Shown here: piece after piece, positions 29,264-38,425 of the stretch | How positions within the stretch are numbered: the stretch's first letter is position 1 | Layout: the number at the start of each line of letters is the position of its first letter | NCBI GenBank assembly: GCA_041178085.1 | Contig: JBEGVZ010000043.1 | Coordinates: 39,381-103,380 of the forward strand | Length of the DNA: 64,000 nt | DNA from: Pseudomonadota bacterium | GTDB taxonomy: Bacteria > Bdellovibrionota_B > Oligoflexia > Oligoflexales > RGVZ01 | Direction: 5' to 3' | The notes under the pieces: generated by a model | What the model saw: only the letters and a program-made list of their open reading frames with translations | Told to the model about the DNA's origin: nothing | Databases searched by the model: none | Program-made: the position numbers and the translations under genes

Positions 29264-30849
29264 CGGCGATTCTTTTTCCTGGCGGCCTTTGCGGCCTTCC
29301 TCATCTTGCGCAGTTTGTCGCGGTCCACCTGGCGGGGAGCTGCCTCAGGAGCCCCTCCACCGAAGAGGTCGCCCATAGCACCAAAGCCCGGCATCCCGCC
29401 ACCTAAACCTGGGAAACCACCGCCCCCTCCACCGCCCATAGCACCCATACCGGCCTGTTTAGCGAGGTTACGAAGTTGGTTTAGCTGGCCAAGGGCCTTG
29501 CCGCCCGGGATCTTGCCGAGCAAGCCCATGCCCTGACCAAGCATGCCCATCATTTGGCGCATCTGTTTGAAACGCTTGATCAAGTCAGAAACTTCCTTGG
29601 ACTGGCGCCCGGACCCAAGGGCGACCCGCTTGACCCGGCTGTCGTTGAAGCAGCCAGGATCAAGGCGCTCCTGCTCGGTCATCGAATCGATCATGGCCTT
29701 GATTTTGACCAGTTCACGGTCATCCAGGTTGAGGTTTTTGGTGTCCAGACCGGGTACGTTGCCGAGCGGCAACTTGCCAAAAACATCTTTGAGCGACCCC
29801 ATCTTCTGGATGGTAGAGAGTTGCTCGTAAAAATCGCGAAAGTTGAATTGCCCCTTGAGCATCTTCATGGCTTCCGCCTCGCGGTCACCCGTCGAGACGC
29901 GGTCGAAGTCCTGCATCAGGCCAACGATATCGCCCATACCCAGGATCCGGCTGGCAAGACCCTCCGGCCGGAACTCTTCAAGCCGTTCAAGGTCCTCTCC
30001 CATTCCCAGGAACTTGATGGGCTTTCCTGTCACTTCCTTGATACTCAGGGCGGCACCACCGCGGGCATCGCCGTCAAGTTTGGTGATCACCACCCCATCG
30101 ATATTCAGGCGGTCGTTGAATACTTTGGCCGTTGCGACCGCGTCCTGACCCATCATCGCATCGCAAACGAACAAGATGTTGTCTGGACGCGTGGCGCGCT
30201 TGATATCTTCAAGCTCTTTCATCAAGGGCTCGTCGATCGCAAGGCGGCCAGCGGTGTCGAACATGATCACGTCTGCACCCTGACCAGCCGCCGCATCGAG
30301 CGCCTGACGGCAAATGTCGACCGGATTTGCACCCGCAGGAAGCGAGAACACTGGCACATCCAGCCGCTGACCAAGGACTTTCAACTGGTCAATGGCCGCG
30401 GGGCGATAAACGTCAGCCGCCACCAACATGGGCTTGCGTCCGGATTTCTGCAGAAAGCGTGCAACTTTTCCCGTCGTTGTCGTCTTGCCACTACCTTGCA
30501 AGCCGACCATCATGATCAGGGCTGGGCGCGATGACGGCAGGTTGAGTTGCGAGTCGACCGGGCCCATGAGGGCTTCAAGCTCTTGACGACAAATTTCAAC
30601 GAAGTGATCGCCGGGGCGGACTTTCAACCGGCTGTCGCCGGATCCGGCCTTGAGTTGCACCGATTTACCAAGGGCGCTGTCCTGGACGCGCTGCAGGAAC
30701 GACTTGACCACGCCATACTCGACATCCGCATCGAGCAAGCTCTGACGGACTGCGCCGATGGCATCCTTGAGGTTGTTTTCGGTTAGGGTCGAGACCCCTT
30801 TCAACTGGTCGCGAGCCTGCTTGAAGCCATTGGACAAAATTTCCAGCAT
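29260..30849 (-). CDS. ffh: signal recognition particle protein Ffh
   Basis: GLQGSGKTTT, DVYRPAA, DTAGR, TKLDGDARGGAALS, RILGMGD, M domain. Confidence 0.97.
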   Translation of the reverse strand: MLEILSNGFKQARDQLKGVSTLTENNLKDAIGAVRQSLLDADVEYGVVKSFLQRVQDSALGKSVQLKAGSGDSRLKVRPGDHFVEICRQELEALMGPVDSQLNLPSSRPALIMMVGLQGSGKTTTTGKVARFLQKSGRKPMLVAADVYRPAAIDQLKVLGQRLDVPVFSLPAGANPVDICRQALDAAAGQGADVIMFDTAGRLAIDEPLMKELEDIKRATRPDNILFVCDAMMGQDAVATAKVFNDRLNIDGVVITKLDGDARGGAALSIKEVTGKPIKFLGMGEDLERLEEFRPEGLASRILGMGDIVGLMQDFDRVSTGDREAEAMKMLKGQFNFRDFYEQLSTIQKMGSLKDVFGKLPLGNVPGLDTKNLNLDDRELVKIKAMIDSMTEQERLDPGCFNDSRVKRVALGSGRQSKEVSDLIKRFKQMRQMMGMLGQGMGLLGKIPGGKALGQLNQLRNLAKQAGMGAMGGGGGGGFPGLGGGMPGFGAMGDLFGGGAPEAAPRQVDRDKLRKMRKAAKAARKKNRR

Positions 30850-30899
30850 GATTACCTGACCCCACTGCGAGTAGACAACAGGGCGGTATATCTGAAAAT

Positions 30900-32543
30900 T
30901 CAGGGTCTGTCGCGGTTTTGCTGGGTGGCCGACGCCTCAGAAATGATGGGGCGCGGCCTGGGGGGGGTCCACTCAATTTTGCCCTCGGCGATCGGCGCCG
31001 CTGGCATGGCTGAATCCTCTGGAGACGAAGGGGCCTGCTGCAGGACCTGAACCGTGTAGGAATAGGTACCGGTCGGCAGGCGCAGGGTCTTGGTTTCGCC
31101 ATTGGTTACAAGGAATTCCGTGTCGCTGGTGATGCTTTCGGCGACATATTTCTGGGGTGACCAGTTAAGGTCGGATATGGTCCCGCTTCCCGGTCCCTCG
31201 CGCCCCGTGCACGACTCCGCCGGTGCTGCCAGCCCGAGTTCTTGGGCGACTAGAAGCCGCTCGTGGGAGCCATCAAACAGGGGATTCCAGCATGCGTAGC
31301 CAAGGACGGCCGCAGGGTCTGCCGCAACGTCTGACGCGACTCCTGGCGCTAAATCGGGCGGCTGCACGGAAGCCCTGCGACGGAGGGCTTCACGGCGGGC
31401 ATTCTGACGTTCCATCAGTAACGCCTGGGTGAACTTTGCCAACCCGAGAACGACATCCTCTTCCGGACGCAAGGTAACTAGAAGCGGCGAGCCGTTTGAC
31501 TCGGTCTGGGTAAAACTAACGGTCAGCGCACCGAGCTTGCTGGTGTTTTCAAATACCCGACGCAACGAATCCGCTTCGTTGGCGATCTTCGCCACGACGA
31601 TCGCGCCAATGGCCTTGCGAATTTCGTCAGGCCCTTCACCGCACAATGAGTCCACAATCCGCGGATCATCCAGCACAAGAGGCAACTCAGGCTTCAAAGA
31701 GCGCTTGATGATGACACAGGGTTTTTTCATGGCTTCCATCACGCTCGTGCCCGTCGAGACTTCCTGCAGCGCATCTGCCAGTGTGATGCCGATCGCGACG
31801 CGCCGGGCCAGCAAGTAAGGCTGCCGCGTCCAACCTGAAATCATCGTCTGCCGGGTTTGCTGCAATGACATTTCGGAAGTCATGGCGGATGGGGACGCAA
31901 AATCGCACTGCCACGCCAGCGTCTTGTCCCCAGGAGCATCCTTGGCCTGTTTTTCCGGAGAAACATCTGGAAAGGCCGCACGGCAATCCGGAGCGAACCC
32001 CGACAACCAGGACTTCAATGCGTCAGCAACCTCGGCATTCGCCTGCACACTGGGGGCCGGCCCCGATCCCGAGATATGCGCACAAGCCGACGTCATCCAG
32101 CCATCCGGCACGCCGGTCTGGGAAATGAATTCTGTCGACTCCTCGCCAACAAATCCGCGAACCAGAACCTTCATCCCATAACGGCTAACCGTAAAACGAA
32201 TCACCCGACGGCCAAGGAGCGTATCAAGGTCTATTTCCCAGCGGGACAAGAATGGGGTGGCCCCTCCCGTTTCAGCCGGAGACTGGCAGCTTGAAACCAT
32301 CAAGCGGGCAATCTCGTGCTTGCCAGACGCAGCGTCCGTGACAAAAGCAACGGGCTCGGGACGGAACCAGTCCTTGGTCACCTGTCTGCGCAGACTGCGA
32401 TCCTGCTCCGAGAGTTCGAGCGATTTTCTCTGCGACTGACCTGGAGTTGATTCGGAAGATTTCTGCTGCGTCGTCTTACATGCTGGCAGCCCAGCCATTG
32501 CAGCAAACGCCAGAATTTTCAGGGGAATCAGCGGCCTATTCAA
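30900..32543 (-). CDS. hypothetical Cys-containing lipoprotein
   Basis: Probable TTG start at 32543 with GGGAG upstream, overlapping the upstream stop; lipobox-like LPAC. Confidence 0.7.
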   Translation of the reverse strand: MNRPLIPLKILAFAAMAGLPACKTTQQKSSESTPGQSQRKSLELSEQDRSLRRQVTKDWFRPEPVAFVTDAASGKHEIARLMVSSCQSPAETGGATPFLSRWEIDLDTLLGRRVIRFTVSRYGMKVLVRGFVGEESTEFISQTGVPDGWMTSACAHISGSGPAPSVQANAEVADALKSWLSGFAPDCRAAFPDVSPEKQAKDAPGDKTLAWQCDFASPSAMTSEMSLQQTRQTMISGWTRQPYLLARRVAIGITLADALQEVSTGTSVMEAMKKPCVIIKRSLKPELPLVLDDPRIVDSLCGEGPDEIRKAIGAIVVAKIANEADSLRRVFENTSKLGALTVSFTQTESNGSPLLVTLRPEEDVVLGLAKFTQALLMERQNARREALRRRASVQPPDLAPGVASDVAADPAAVLGYACWNPLFDGSHERLLVAQELGLAAPAESCTGREGPGSGTISDLNWSPQKYVAESITSDTEFLVTNGETKTLRLPTGTYSYTVQVLQQAPSSPEDSAMPAAPIAEGKIEWTPPRPRPIISEASATQQNRDRP

Positions 32544-33024
32544 CCTCAACTCCCTGGACGGCGAGCTCGATGCGCTCATGGAATCCGCCAGAGGAGAGTG
32601 CGGCAGCTTCAACCGACCACGAAACCGGCTGGCATGACTTCAGAATGTAACGCGCAATTTCATCGCCATCGCGATTTTCCATCACGATGTTGATGTCCTT
32701 CAGGCCGGTGCGCTCGCGCATCGTGTTCTTGGCCCAAAGATACAGGGACGGATCGGTTACGAAATCGCGCTGCAACACCACGCGACGAACATAGCCATCC
32801 TCTGCTGCCCCTTCGACGCCATCTTCGATTCCAATGACACCGTCAAACAGGCCGTAGTCGGTCCCGTCAATCTCAACGTGAGTGCGTACAGCGTGGTTGG
32901 AAAAACCTGCGGGAAGTTCCGGGGAGCCTGCCACGTAGGCGAGCATTGCTGGCAAAACAAAAAAGATCCCAGCCCGGACTCTGCGAACGAGCGATGGGAG
33001 CTTTGAGCTATTGAAGACAGTCAT
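32536..33024 (-). CDS. phage tail tube-like protein (T4 gp19/Afp1-5 family) with N-terminal hydrophobic segment
   Basis: VEIDG...F..V.G, VVLQRDFVTDPSLYLW, KDINIVMENRDGDEIARY, QPVSW, ERIELAVQGVE. Confidence 0.72.
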   Translation of the reverse strand: MTVFNSSKLPSLVRRVRAGIFFVLPAMLAYVAGSPELPAGFSNHAVRTHVEIDGTDYGLFDGVIGIEDGVEGAAEDGYVRRVVLQRDFVTDPSLYLWAKNTMRERTGLKDINIVMENRDGDEIARYILKSCQPVSWSVEAAALSSGGFHERIELAVQGVEVE

Positions 33025-33147
33025 CCTGTTGTCCCGGCGGAACGCCTCTGACGTCCCTGCCTAAGCTTTACGTTCAAAAAACCAGTTGACTTTCCATAAG
33101 GTTAGCATGAACCAGATGCGGCCGCCAACCCTATTGTGGATGTCGGC

Positions 33148-33543
33148 TCACAGCCCGGACAAATTTACGATCGCCTCAATTTCAACCCTCACATCGCGCG
33201 GCAGACGGGCCACTTCGACCGTGGCGCGCGCCGGGAATGGAGCCTCAAAGAAGGTTCCGTAGACTTCGTTGACCTTCTGAAAATCATCCATGCTTTTCAG
33301 GAAGATTGTTGTTTTGACAACTTGGCCCATCTTGGCGCCGGCCGCTTCGATGATGGCCCGAAGGTTTTTCAAGACCTGAACCGCTTGTTCCTCGACCCCG
33401 CCCCCGACCAGCTGGCCAGATGTCGGGTCAAGGGGGATTTGGCCAGAAACAAAAAGCATATTCCCGGCAACGACTGCCTGGGAGTATGGGCCGATCGCTG
33501 CTGGTGCCGCGCTGGTCTGGATCACTTTTTTCGTGGTGTTCAT
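33148..33543 (-). CDS. RidA/YjgF/UK114 reactive-intermediate deaminase
   Basis: APAAIGPYSQA, SGQIP, FPARATVEVARLP, VEIE. Confidence 0.95.
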   Translation of the reverse strand: MNTTKKVIQTSAAPAAIGPYSQAVVAGNMLFVSGQIPLDPTSGQLVGGGVEEQAVQVLKNLRAIIEAAGAKMGQVVKTTIFLKSMDDFQKVNEVYGTFFEAPFPARATVEVARLPRDVRVEIEAIVNLSGL

Positions 33544-34523
33544 GACTCACTCCTGACTGGGGTGGCTTGTGATTCTTCAAGTTCCGCAAACAGTGCAGGC
33601 AGAATACCGTCGCGAACCTGCGGCGGAAGTCCGTCCATGCCTGAAAGGTCCTCAAGACTGCCTCGTGCATCGGCAAAACGGTTGGCCGCAAGCTGAGCCT
33701 GGGCCAGGTGCAACTTGAGCTTCCAAGAAAGCGGCTTGCCCGGCACTGCGACATCAGCGCGCCAGATTGCCGCGGGGATCCGATCGTAGAGTCCACACTG
33801 TCCAAGCACGGCTGTATATTCGACCAAAAAACCCTCGGACGTTGTGCCGGCGGCATAAAAGTCCTCGAGCACGTTCAACTTGCGCTCAGGTTCGTCCGGG
33901 GCGACGAGATCCATCGCCAGAGACAGGCCAGCCCAGGAGTTTTTCTGGCGGGCAATCTGTTCGACCGTCTTGGCATGGCCGGGAACTTCTTGCTGCCTGA
34001 GCGTCCAGGCCAGAAGTTCCCATAAACCGAAATGGTTGGGATCGACATCGAGTCCGGAATCAATCCAGCGCCGCGCTTCGTCAAAGCGGGCATCGTAAGC
34101 CAGCAGCTGGGCCATGTTGACGTAGGGCGCTGTCTCTGCCGGAACCAACCGCTGCGCCTCGGAAAAAGCCTGTTCTGCAAGGACCAGACTACCCGCAAGC
34201 ATGGCGGCGTTACCAAGGTGGAATTGAGCGCGGAAATCTGCGGCTGGGAAAATTTCCCGGTGCGCCTCGTAGAGTTGCAAGGCCGCAACCGGCACGTCCA
34301 TCGTCACCAGCTCTTCAAGGATGTCAACAAGCTGGGAGCCATCCACGAGAGGATGGTCGGACGCATGGTCGATCAGCGCACGTGCAAAGGCCTCGACAGC
34401 CTCATGCGGGACTTTGCCTGCAAGTTCCCCGCGGTAGCCGTCGGACACACCGAGGTATTTCCTCAAGGCCGGGCCCATGGGAAAAGACCGAAAATCAAAA
34501 GCAGCAGAGAAACCGTTATTCAA
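33540..34523 (-). CDS. tetratricopeptide repeat protein
   Basis: TPR-like helical repeats; overlaps both aspS and ridA. Confidence 0.75.
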   Translation of the reverse strand: MNNGFSAAFDFRSFPMGPALRKYLGVSDGYRGELAGKVPHEAVEAFARALIDHASDHPLVDGSQLVDILEELVTMDVPVAALQLYEAHREIFPAADFRAQFHLGNAAMLAGSLVLAEQAFSEAQRLVPAETAPYVNMAQLLAYDARFDEARRWIDSGLDVDPNHFGLWELLAWTLRQQEVPGHAKTVEQIARQKNSWAGLSLAMDLVAPDEPERKLNVLEDFYAAGTTSEGFLVEYTAVLGQCGLYDRIPAAIWRADVAVPGKPLSWKLKLHLAQAQLAANRFADARGSLEDLSGMDGLPPQVRDGILPALFAELEESQATPVRSES

Positions 34524-36360
34524 GGCGATGAACCCTTATGTGCAAATCACGAAGCTGGTCGAGGGACACCTCACCGGGCGCGCCGGTCATCAGGCACGTA
34601 CCCTTCTGGGTCTTCGGGAAGACAATGACATCGCGGATTGCATCGCACCCTGTCAAGATCATCGTCAACCGGTCCAGGCCAAAGGCAATGCCTCCGTGGG
34701 GCGGCGCGCCAAATTTGAGGGCCTCAAGCAGAAAGCCAAACTTGGCCTCGGCCTCCGCATCACTCAGGCCGACCGTTGAAAATACCTGCTTCTGCACCAA
34801 CGGATCGTGAATCCTGACGGAACCACCAGCCACCTCATTGCCATTAAGGACGAGGTCATAAGCCGAAGCCTTGACGCGGGCCGGGTCGGTCGCAAGCAGC
34901 GGAATGTCCTCCGGTCGCGGTGAAGTAAACGGATGATGCTTGGCAATCCAACGGTTGTTGTCGGGATCTTTCTCCAAAAGCGGAAACCCAAGGACCCAAA
35001 GGAAGTTGAGCTGCGTCGGGTCGTACAGTTTAAGGCGAGCACCAAGGTTGTTGCGCAGCGCACCCAGCGATGCCTTCGTCTGGTCGTAAGAACCTGCGCC
35101 AAACAGGACAAGATCGCCCGCCTTCAAGGACAACTTGCTGTCAATCGCGTTGACCGTCTCGTCACTCAGGAACTTGGCCACTGGCGACTGCCACGAAGCT
35201 ACCCCGGATCCGTTTTGCTTCTTCGCCCACGCCAGGCCCTTGGCCCCGTATTGGCGGACAAACTCAGTCAGTTCGTCAATATCCTTGCGGCTGAATTCTT
35301 CCGCCCGCCCCGGCACGACGATTGCGTTGACAATTCCGCCTGTGCTGATGGCCTCGGCAAAAACCTTGAAACCGCTGGTAGCCACGACGCTGGACAAGTC
35401 ATGGAGCTTGAGTTCAAAGCGCGTGTCCGGCTTGTCGACGCCGTATGACTCCATCGCCTCGTCGTAACTCATACGCGGGAAGGACGGGATCTCCTTGCCA
35501 TCGAAAAAATCCGAAACAGCGGAGCGGATCACGCTCTCGAAGGTTTTGAGAATCGCTTCCTCGTCGACAAAAGACATCTCACAGTCGACCTGCGTGAATT
35601 CAGGCTGGCGGTCGGCACGAAGATCCTCATCCCGGAAGCACTTGACCACTTGGTAATAGCGGTCGAATCCAGACACCATCAGCACCTGTTTGAATAGCTG
35701 GGGGCTCTGCGGCAGTGCATAAAAATGCGAGGGGTGAATACGCGAGGGCACGAGAAATTCGCGCGCGCCTTCCGGCGTGGACTTGTAAAGAAATGGCGTT
35801 TCAATGTCGAGGAAACCATGCGCCTCAAGCGACTTGCGCATCGCCTTCACAAACTTGATGCGCTTGAGAATGTTGTCCCGCAGGCGCGGACGACGCAAAT
35901 CGAGGTAGCGGTACTTCAAACGCAAGGTTTCGCTGGATTCCGCTTCATCAGCGACGGGAAATGGCAAAACATCGCATTCATTGAGGATCCGCAGGTCGTT
36001 GACGAGAACTTCAATCGAACCCGTCCCCAGGTGCTTGTTCACCATTCCCTCAGGGCGTTTATTGACGACACCTTTGATGGCCAGAACGAATTCGTTGCGG
36101 ATCCCTGATGCGTGCTGAAGTATCTCCATGGGCGCGTGGGCAGGATCGACCACAACCTGGGTCAACCCGTGACGGTCACGCAAGTCGATAAAGATCAGCT
36201 GTCCATGATCACGCCGTCGATGCACCCAGCCCATCAGAATCACTTCCTTGCCGGCATGGGATGCGTTCAACTCGCCAAGGTTGTGGCTGCGCTGCCACCG
36301 CGAGGCGCCCGTACCAAGGCCTTGGCGGGTCGGGTTGCCGGTAGTGTTCTGGGTTGTCAT
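34516..36360 (-). CDS. aspS: aspartate--tRNA ligase
   Basis: GWVHRRRDHG, RLKYRYLDLRR, LPQSPQLFKQ, FRDEDLRADRQPEF, GGSVRIH, PPHGG. Confidence 0.98.
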   Translation of the reverse strand: MTTQNTTGNPTRQGLGTGASRWQRSHNLGELNASHAGKEVILMGWVHRRRDHGQLIFIDLRDRHGLTQVVVDPAHAPMEILQHASGIRNEFVLAIKGVVNKRPEGMVNKHLGTGSIEVLVNDLRILNECDVLPFPVADEAESSETLRLKYRYLDLRRPRLRDNILKRIKFVKAMRKSLEAHGFLDIETPFLYKSTPEGAREFLVPSRIHPSHFYALPQSPQLFKQVLMVSGFDRYYQVVKCFRDEDLRADRQPEFTQVDCEMSFVDEEAILKTFESVIRSAVSDFFDGKEIPSFPRMSYDEAMESYGVDKPDTRFELKLHDLSSVVATSGFKVFAEAISTGGIVNAIVVPGRAEEFSRKDIDELTEFVRQYGAKGLAWAKKQNGSGVASWQSPVAKFLSDETVNAIDSKLSLKAGDLVLFGAGSYDQTKASLGALRNNLGARLKLYDPTQLNFLWVLGFPLLEKDPDNNRWIAKHHPFTSPRPEDIPLLATDPARVKASAYDLVLNGNEVAGGSVRIHDPLVQKQVFSTVGLSDAEAEAKFGFLLEALKFGAPPHGGIAFGLDRLTMILTGCDAIRDVIVFPKTQKGTCLMTGAPGEVSLDQLRDLHIRVHRLE

Positions 36361-36466
36361 GTGCCCTCCGGAGTCAAAAACTCGTGGAACATCAGGAATT
36401 TGCTACGATCTTAATAGCAGGATGATGGTCGAACGAACGACGGCGGAATTAAAACAGAATCTGGAC

Positions 36467-38347
36467 ATGAAGTCGAACAACCTTTTAATCCACGAACGCC
36501 TTGCCGGCATTGCCCTTGCCGCGGCGACCGGAGTTGCCGGGGCACTGGGCGTTTCACCGGCGATCACCGACATGGACGGCGGCGAGTTCGCGTTGATTGC
36601 CGCGCGCGGCGGCATAGCACATCCGCCCGGCTACCCTCTTTACAGCGCAATTTTGCGTGCATGGCACGAACTGATCGCCCGGCCCTTCACAATCACCCCG
36701 GAAATCACGTCCCCCCCTGCCCTTGCCTCGCTGTCGGTCCTCATGTCAGTGGCAACGGCATGGCTGGCATGGCGGGCCTTTTTGAAAATTTCGCCGAACA
36801 AGACCCCGGAACTGGTCTGGCGGGCGGCATTCGCCAGCGGACTGGTCATGCTCACCTTCCCCGTCCTGCGCGCCAGCACGGCCATTGAACCGTTCGCAGC
36901 CAATAACCTCATGGCAGCTGCGCTAATGCTGGTCGCGGCAAGGGAATTGGCTGGCAAGGAAAAAACCTCAAGGACCGGGCAAGACTGGTGGACTTGGAAC
37001 GGGTTCGCAACCGGGCTCCTGTTTGGGCTGGCGTTCTGCAACCACCATTCCCTCGCATTTGCGGCGCCAATGGCGCTCGCCATGTTCCCCTTGTCCCGCA
37101 AGCAACTCCGAGGATTGGCCGTTTCCATCCTGGCCGGATTTACGGCAGGTTGCCTGCCCATGGTCTGGTTCGCTGTCGCCGCCACAAATACATCGGGTCT
37201 CATGTGGGGGGACTGGAGCAACTTTGGCAACCAACTTGTGCGACACCTCTTCCGCCTGGGGTATGGCACTTTTCGGTTAACCGCAGAAGCATCTGGAACT
37301 TTTTGGAGCGGGCCCTGGTTCATGATTCAGGTCCTTGGAAGGTCTCTGGGAGGTTTAGCGGTCCTCGCAGCTGCGGGGGTTGTGATCGCTAGCCAGCAAG
37401 GCTTCGGGCTGGGCAAACCGGGCAAAAAATTTGCGCAGATCACTTTTGCCTCTTTTTTGGGCAGCGGACTTTTGATGCCCGTATTGTTTCGACTGAATCC
37501 AGCGCCCGACACCGCCGAGGTCATGGCTCGCTTCGCTGCGCTCCCAGTGATTTTCCTGATCCCGCTGGTGGCGTTCGGTGTCGCCCCACTGACCAGCCGC
37601 GCACTGAGGAGCAGTCTTAGAAACCAAACGATAAATACGAAGCGCTTTCTTGCCTTGGCCGTGGTCACGGGCGTCGCCGTAATGATCGCGGGCGCGCTCA
37701 ACGCGCCGAAGCTACCAGTCCGGTCTTGGGGCGGCAGGTCTGGCGAGACTCTGACAAACCTTCACTTGGACAAAGCCGCAGAAGCCGCGACGTTGCCGTC
37801 CGCAACCAGACCTCCGGTGATCGTCACAAATTCGGATCTGGACTACTTCGGCAACCTTTACAAGGCGGCACGACAGATCCCGGGACGCCCGCCTGCAGTG
37901 GTCATCCAGTCGGGACTTTGGCCAACACGCTGGCACCGTGAGGCTGTCCTGCGCGACCTCGCCAAGACCGGATTTAATTTGCCCGCCACGTGGGTCACTT
38001 CGGGACAGGAATTTATGGAAATTGAGGATTCTTTCCGGCTGCTTGCAGCGATCTTGACGCACCTGTCAAAGGCAACGCCAGTCAACCTTGCAACAGGAAA
38101 CTTTCCCGGCATGGCCCCGCTCCTCGCCTCAAGCTACCCGCTGGGCCCCTTCGTCAGGATCCTCGCCGCCGAAGAAGCGATCCCACCGCATGAGGAGGTG
38201 CTGCGCCTCAATGAAGACTTGTCGAAGGCGATCCGGGCCTGGACAGCGAGCCACCGTCCCGCAACCGCATGGGAAAATCACGCGCTGGAAGGCTGGCGTC
38301 GCAGCTGGACAGCTCTTGGACTTCCTGCAGTCCCCGAAACCCCCTGA
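36467..38347 (+). CDS. DUF2723/TMEM260-like (GT-C) membrane glycosyltransferase
   Basis: DGGEF...GIAHPPGYPLY, GLAFCNHH, multiple TM helices. Confidence 0.8.
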   Translation: MKSNNLLIHERLAGIALAAATGVAGALGVSPAITDMDGGEFALIAARGGIAHPPGYPLYSAILRAWHELIARPFTITPEITSPPALASLSVLMSVATAWLAWRAFLKISPNKTPELVWRAAFASGLVMLTFPVLRASTAIEPFAANNLMAAALMLVAARELAGKEKTSRTGQDWWTWNGFATGLLFGLAFCNHHSLAFAAPMALAMFPLSRKQLRGLAVSILAGFTAGCLPMVWFAVAATNTSGLMWGDWSNFGNQLVRHLFRLGYGTFRLTAEASGTFWSGPWFMIQVLGRSLGGLAVLAAAGVVIASQQGFGLGKPGKKFAQITFASFLGSGLLMPVLFRLNPAPDTAEVMARFAALPVIFLIPLVAFGVAPLTSRALRSSLRNQTINTKRFLALAVVTGVAVMIAGALNAPKLPVRSWGGRSGETLTNLHLDKAAEAATLPSATRPPVIVTNSDLDYFGNLYKAARQIPGRPPAVVIQSGLWPTRWHREAVLRDLAKTGFNLPATWVTSGQEFMEIEDSFRLLAAILTHLSKATPVNLATGNFPGMAPLLASSYPLGPFVRILAAEEAIPPHEEVLRLNEDLSKAIRAWTASHRPATAWENHALEGWRRSWTALGLPAVPETP

Positions 38348-38425
38348 TACCGGTTGGATTACAATCACTTGCGTGCTAACTTCTTGGGGCTAAACAGGCA
38401 AGCAGCCACCGGGGAGTACCAGTCC

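Noticed and set aside
29345..29545. Gly/Met-rich low-complexity tail of Ffh
   Set aside because: Common feature of Ffh M-domain C-termini.
27950..30534. Long + strand ORFs (528 aa and 326 aa)
   Set aside because: Antisense shadows of miaB and ffh; no motifs, typical of GC-rich codon bias.
32536..33024. Prophage or complete eCIS/T6SS locus
   Set aside because: No other phage or injection-system genes, integrase or att sites seen; kept only as an orphan tube finding.
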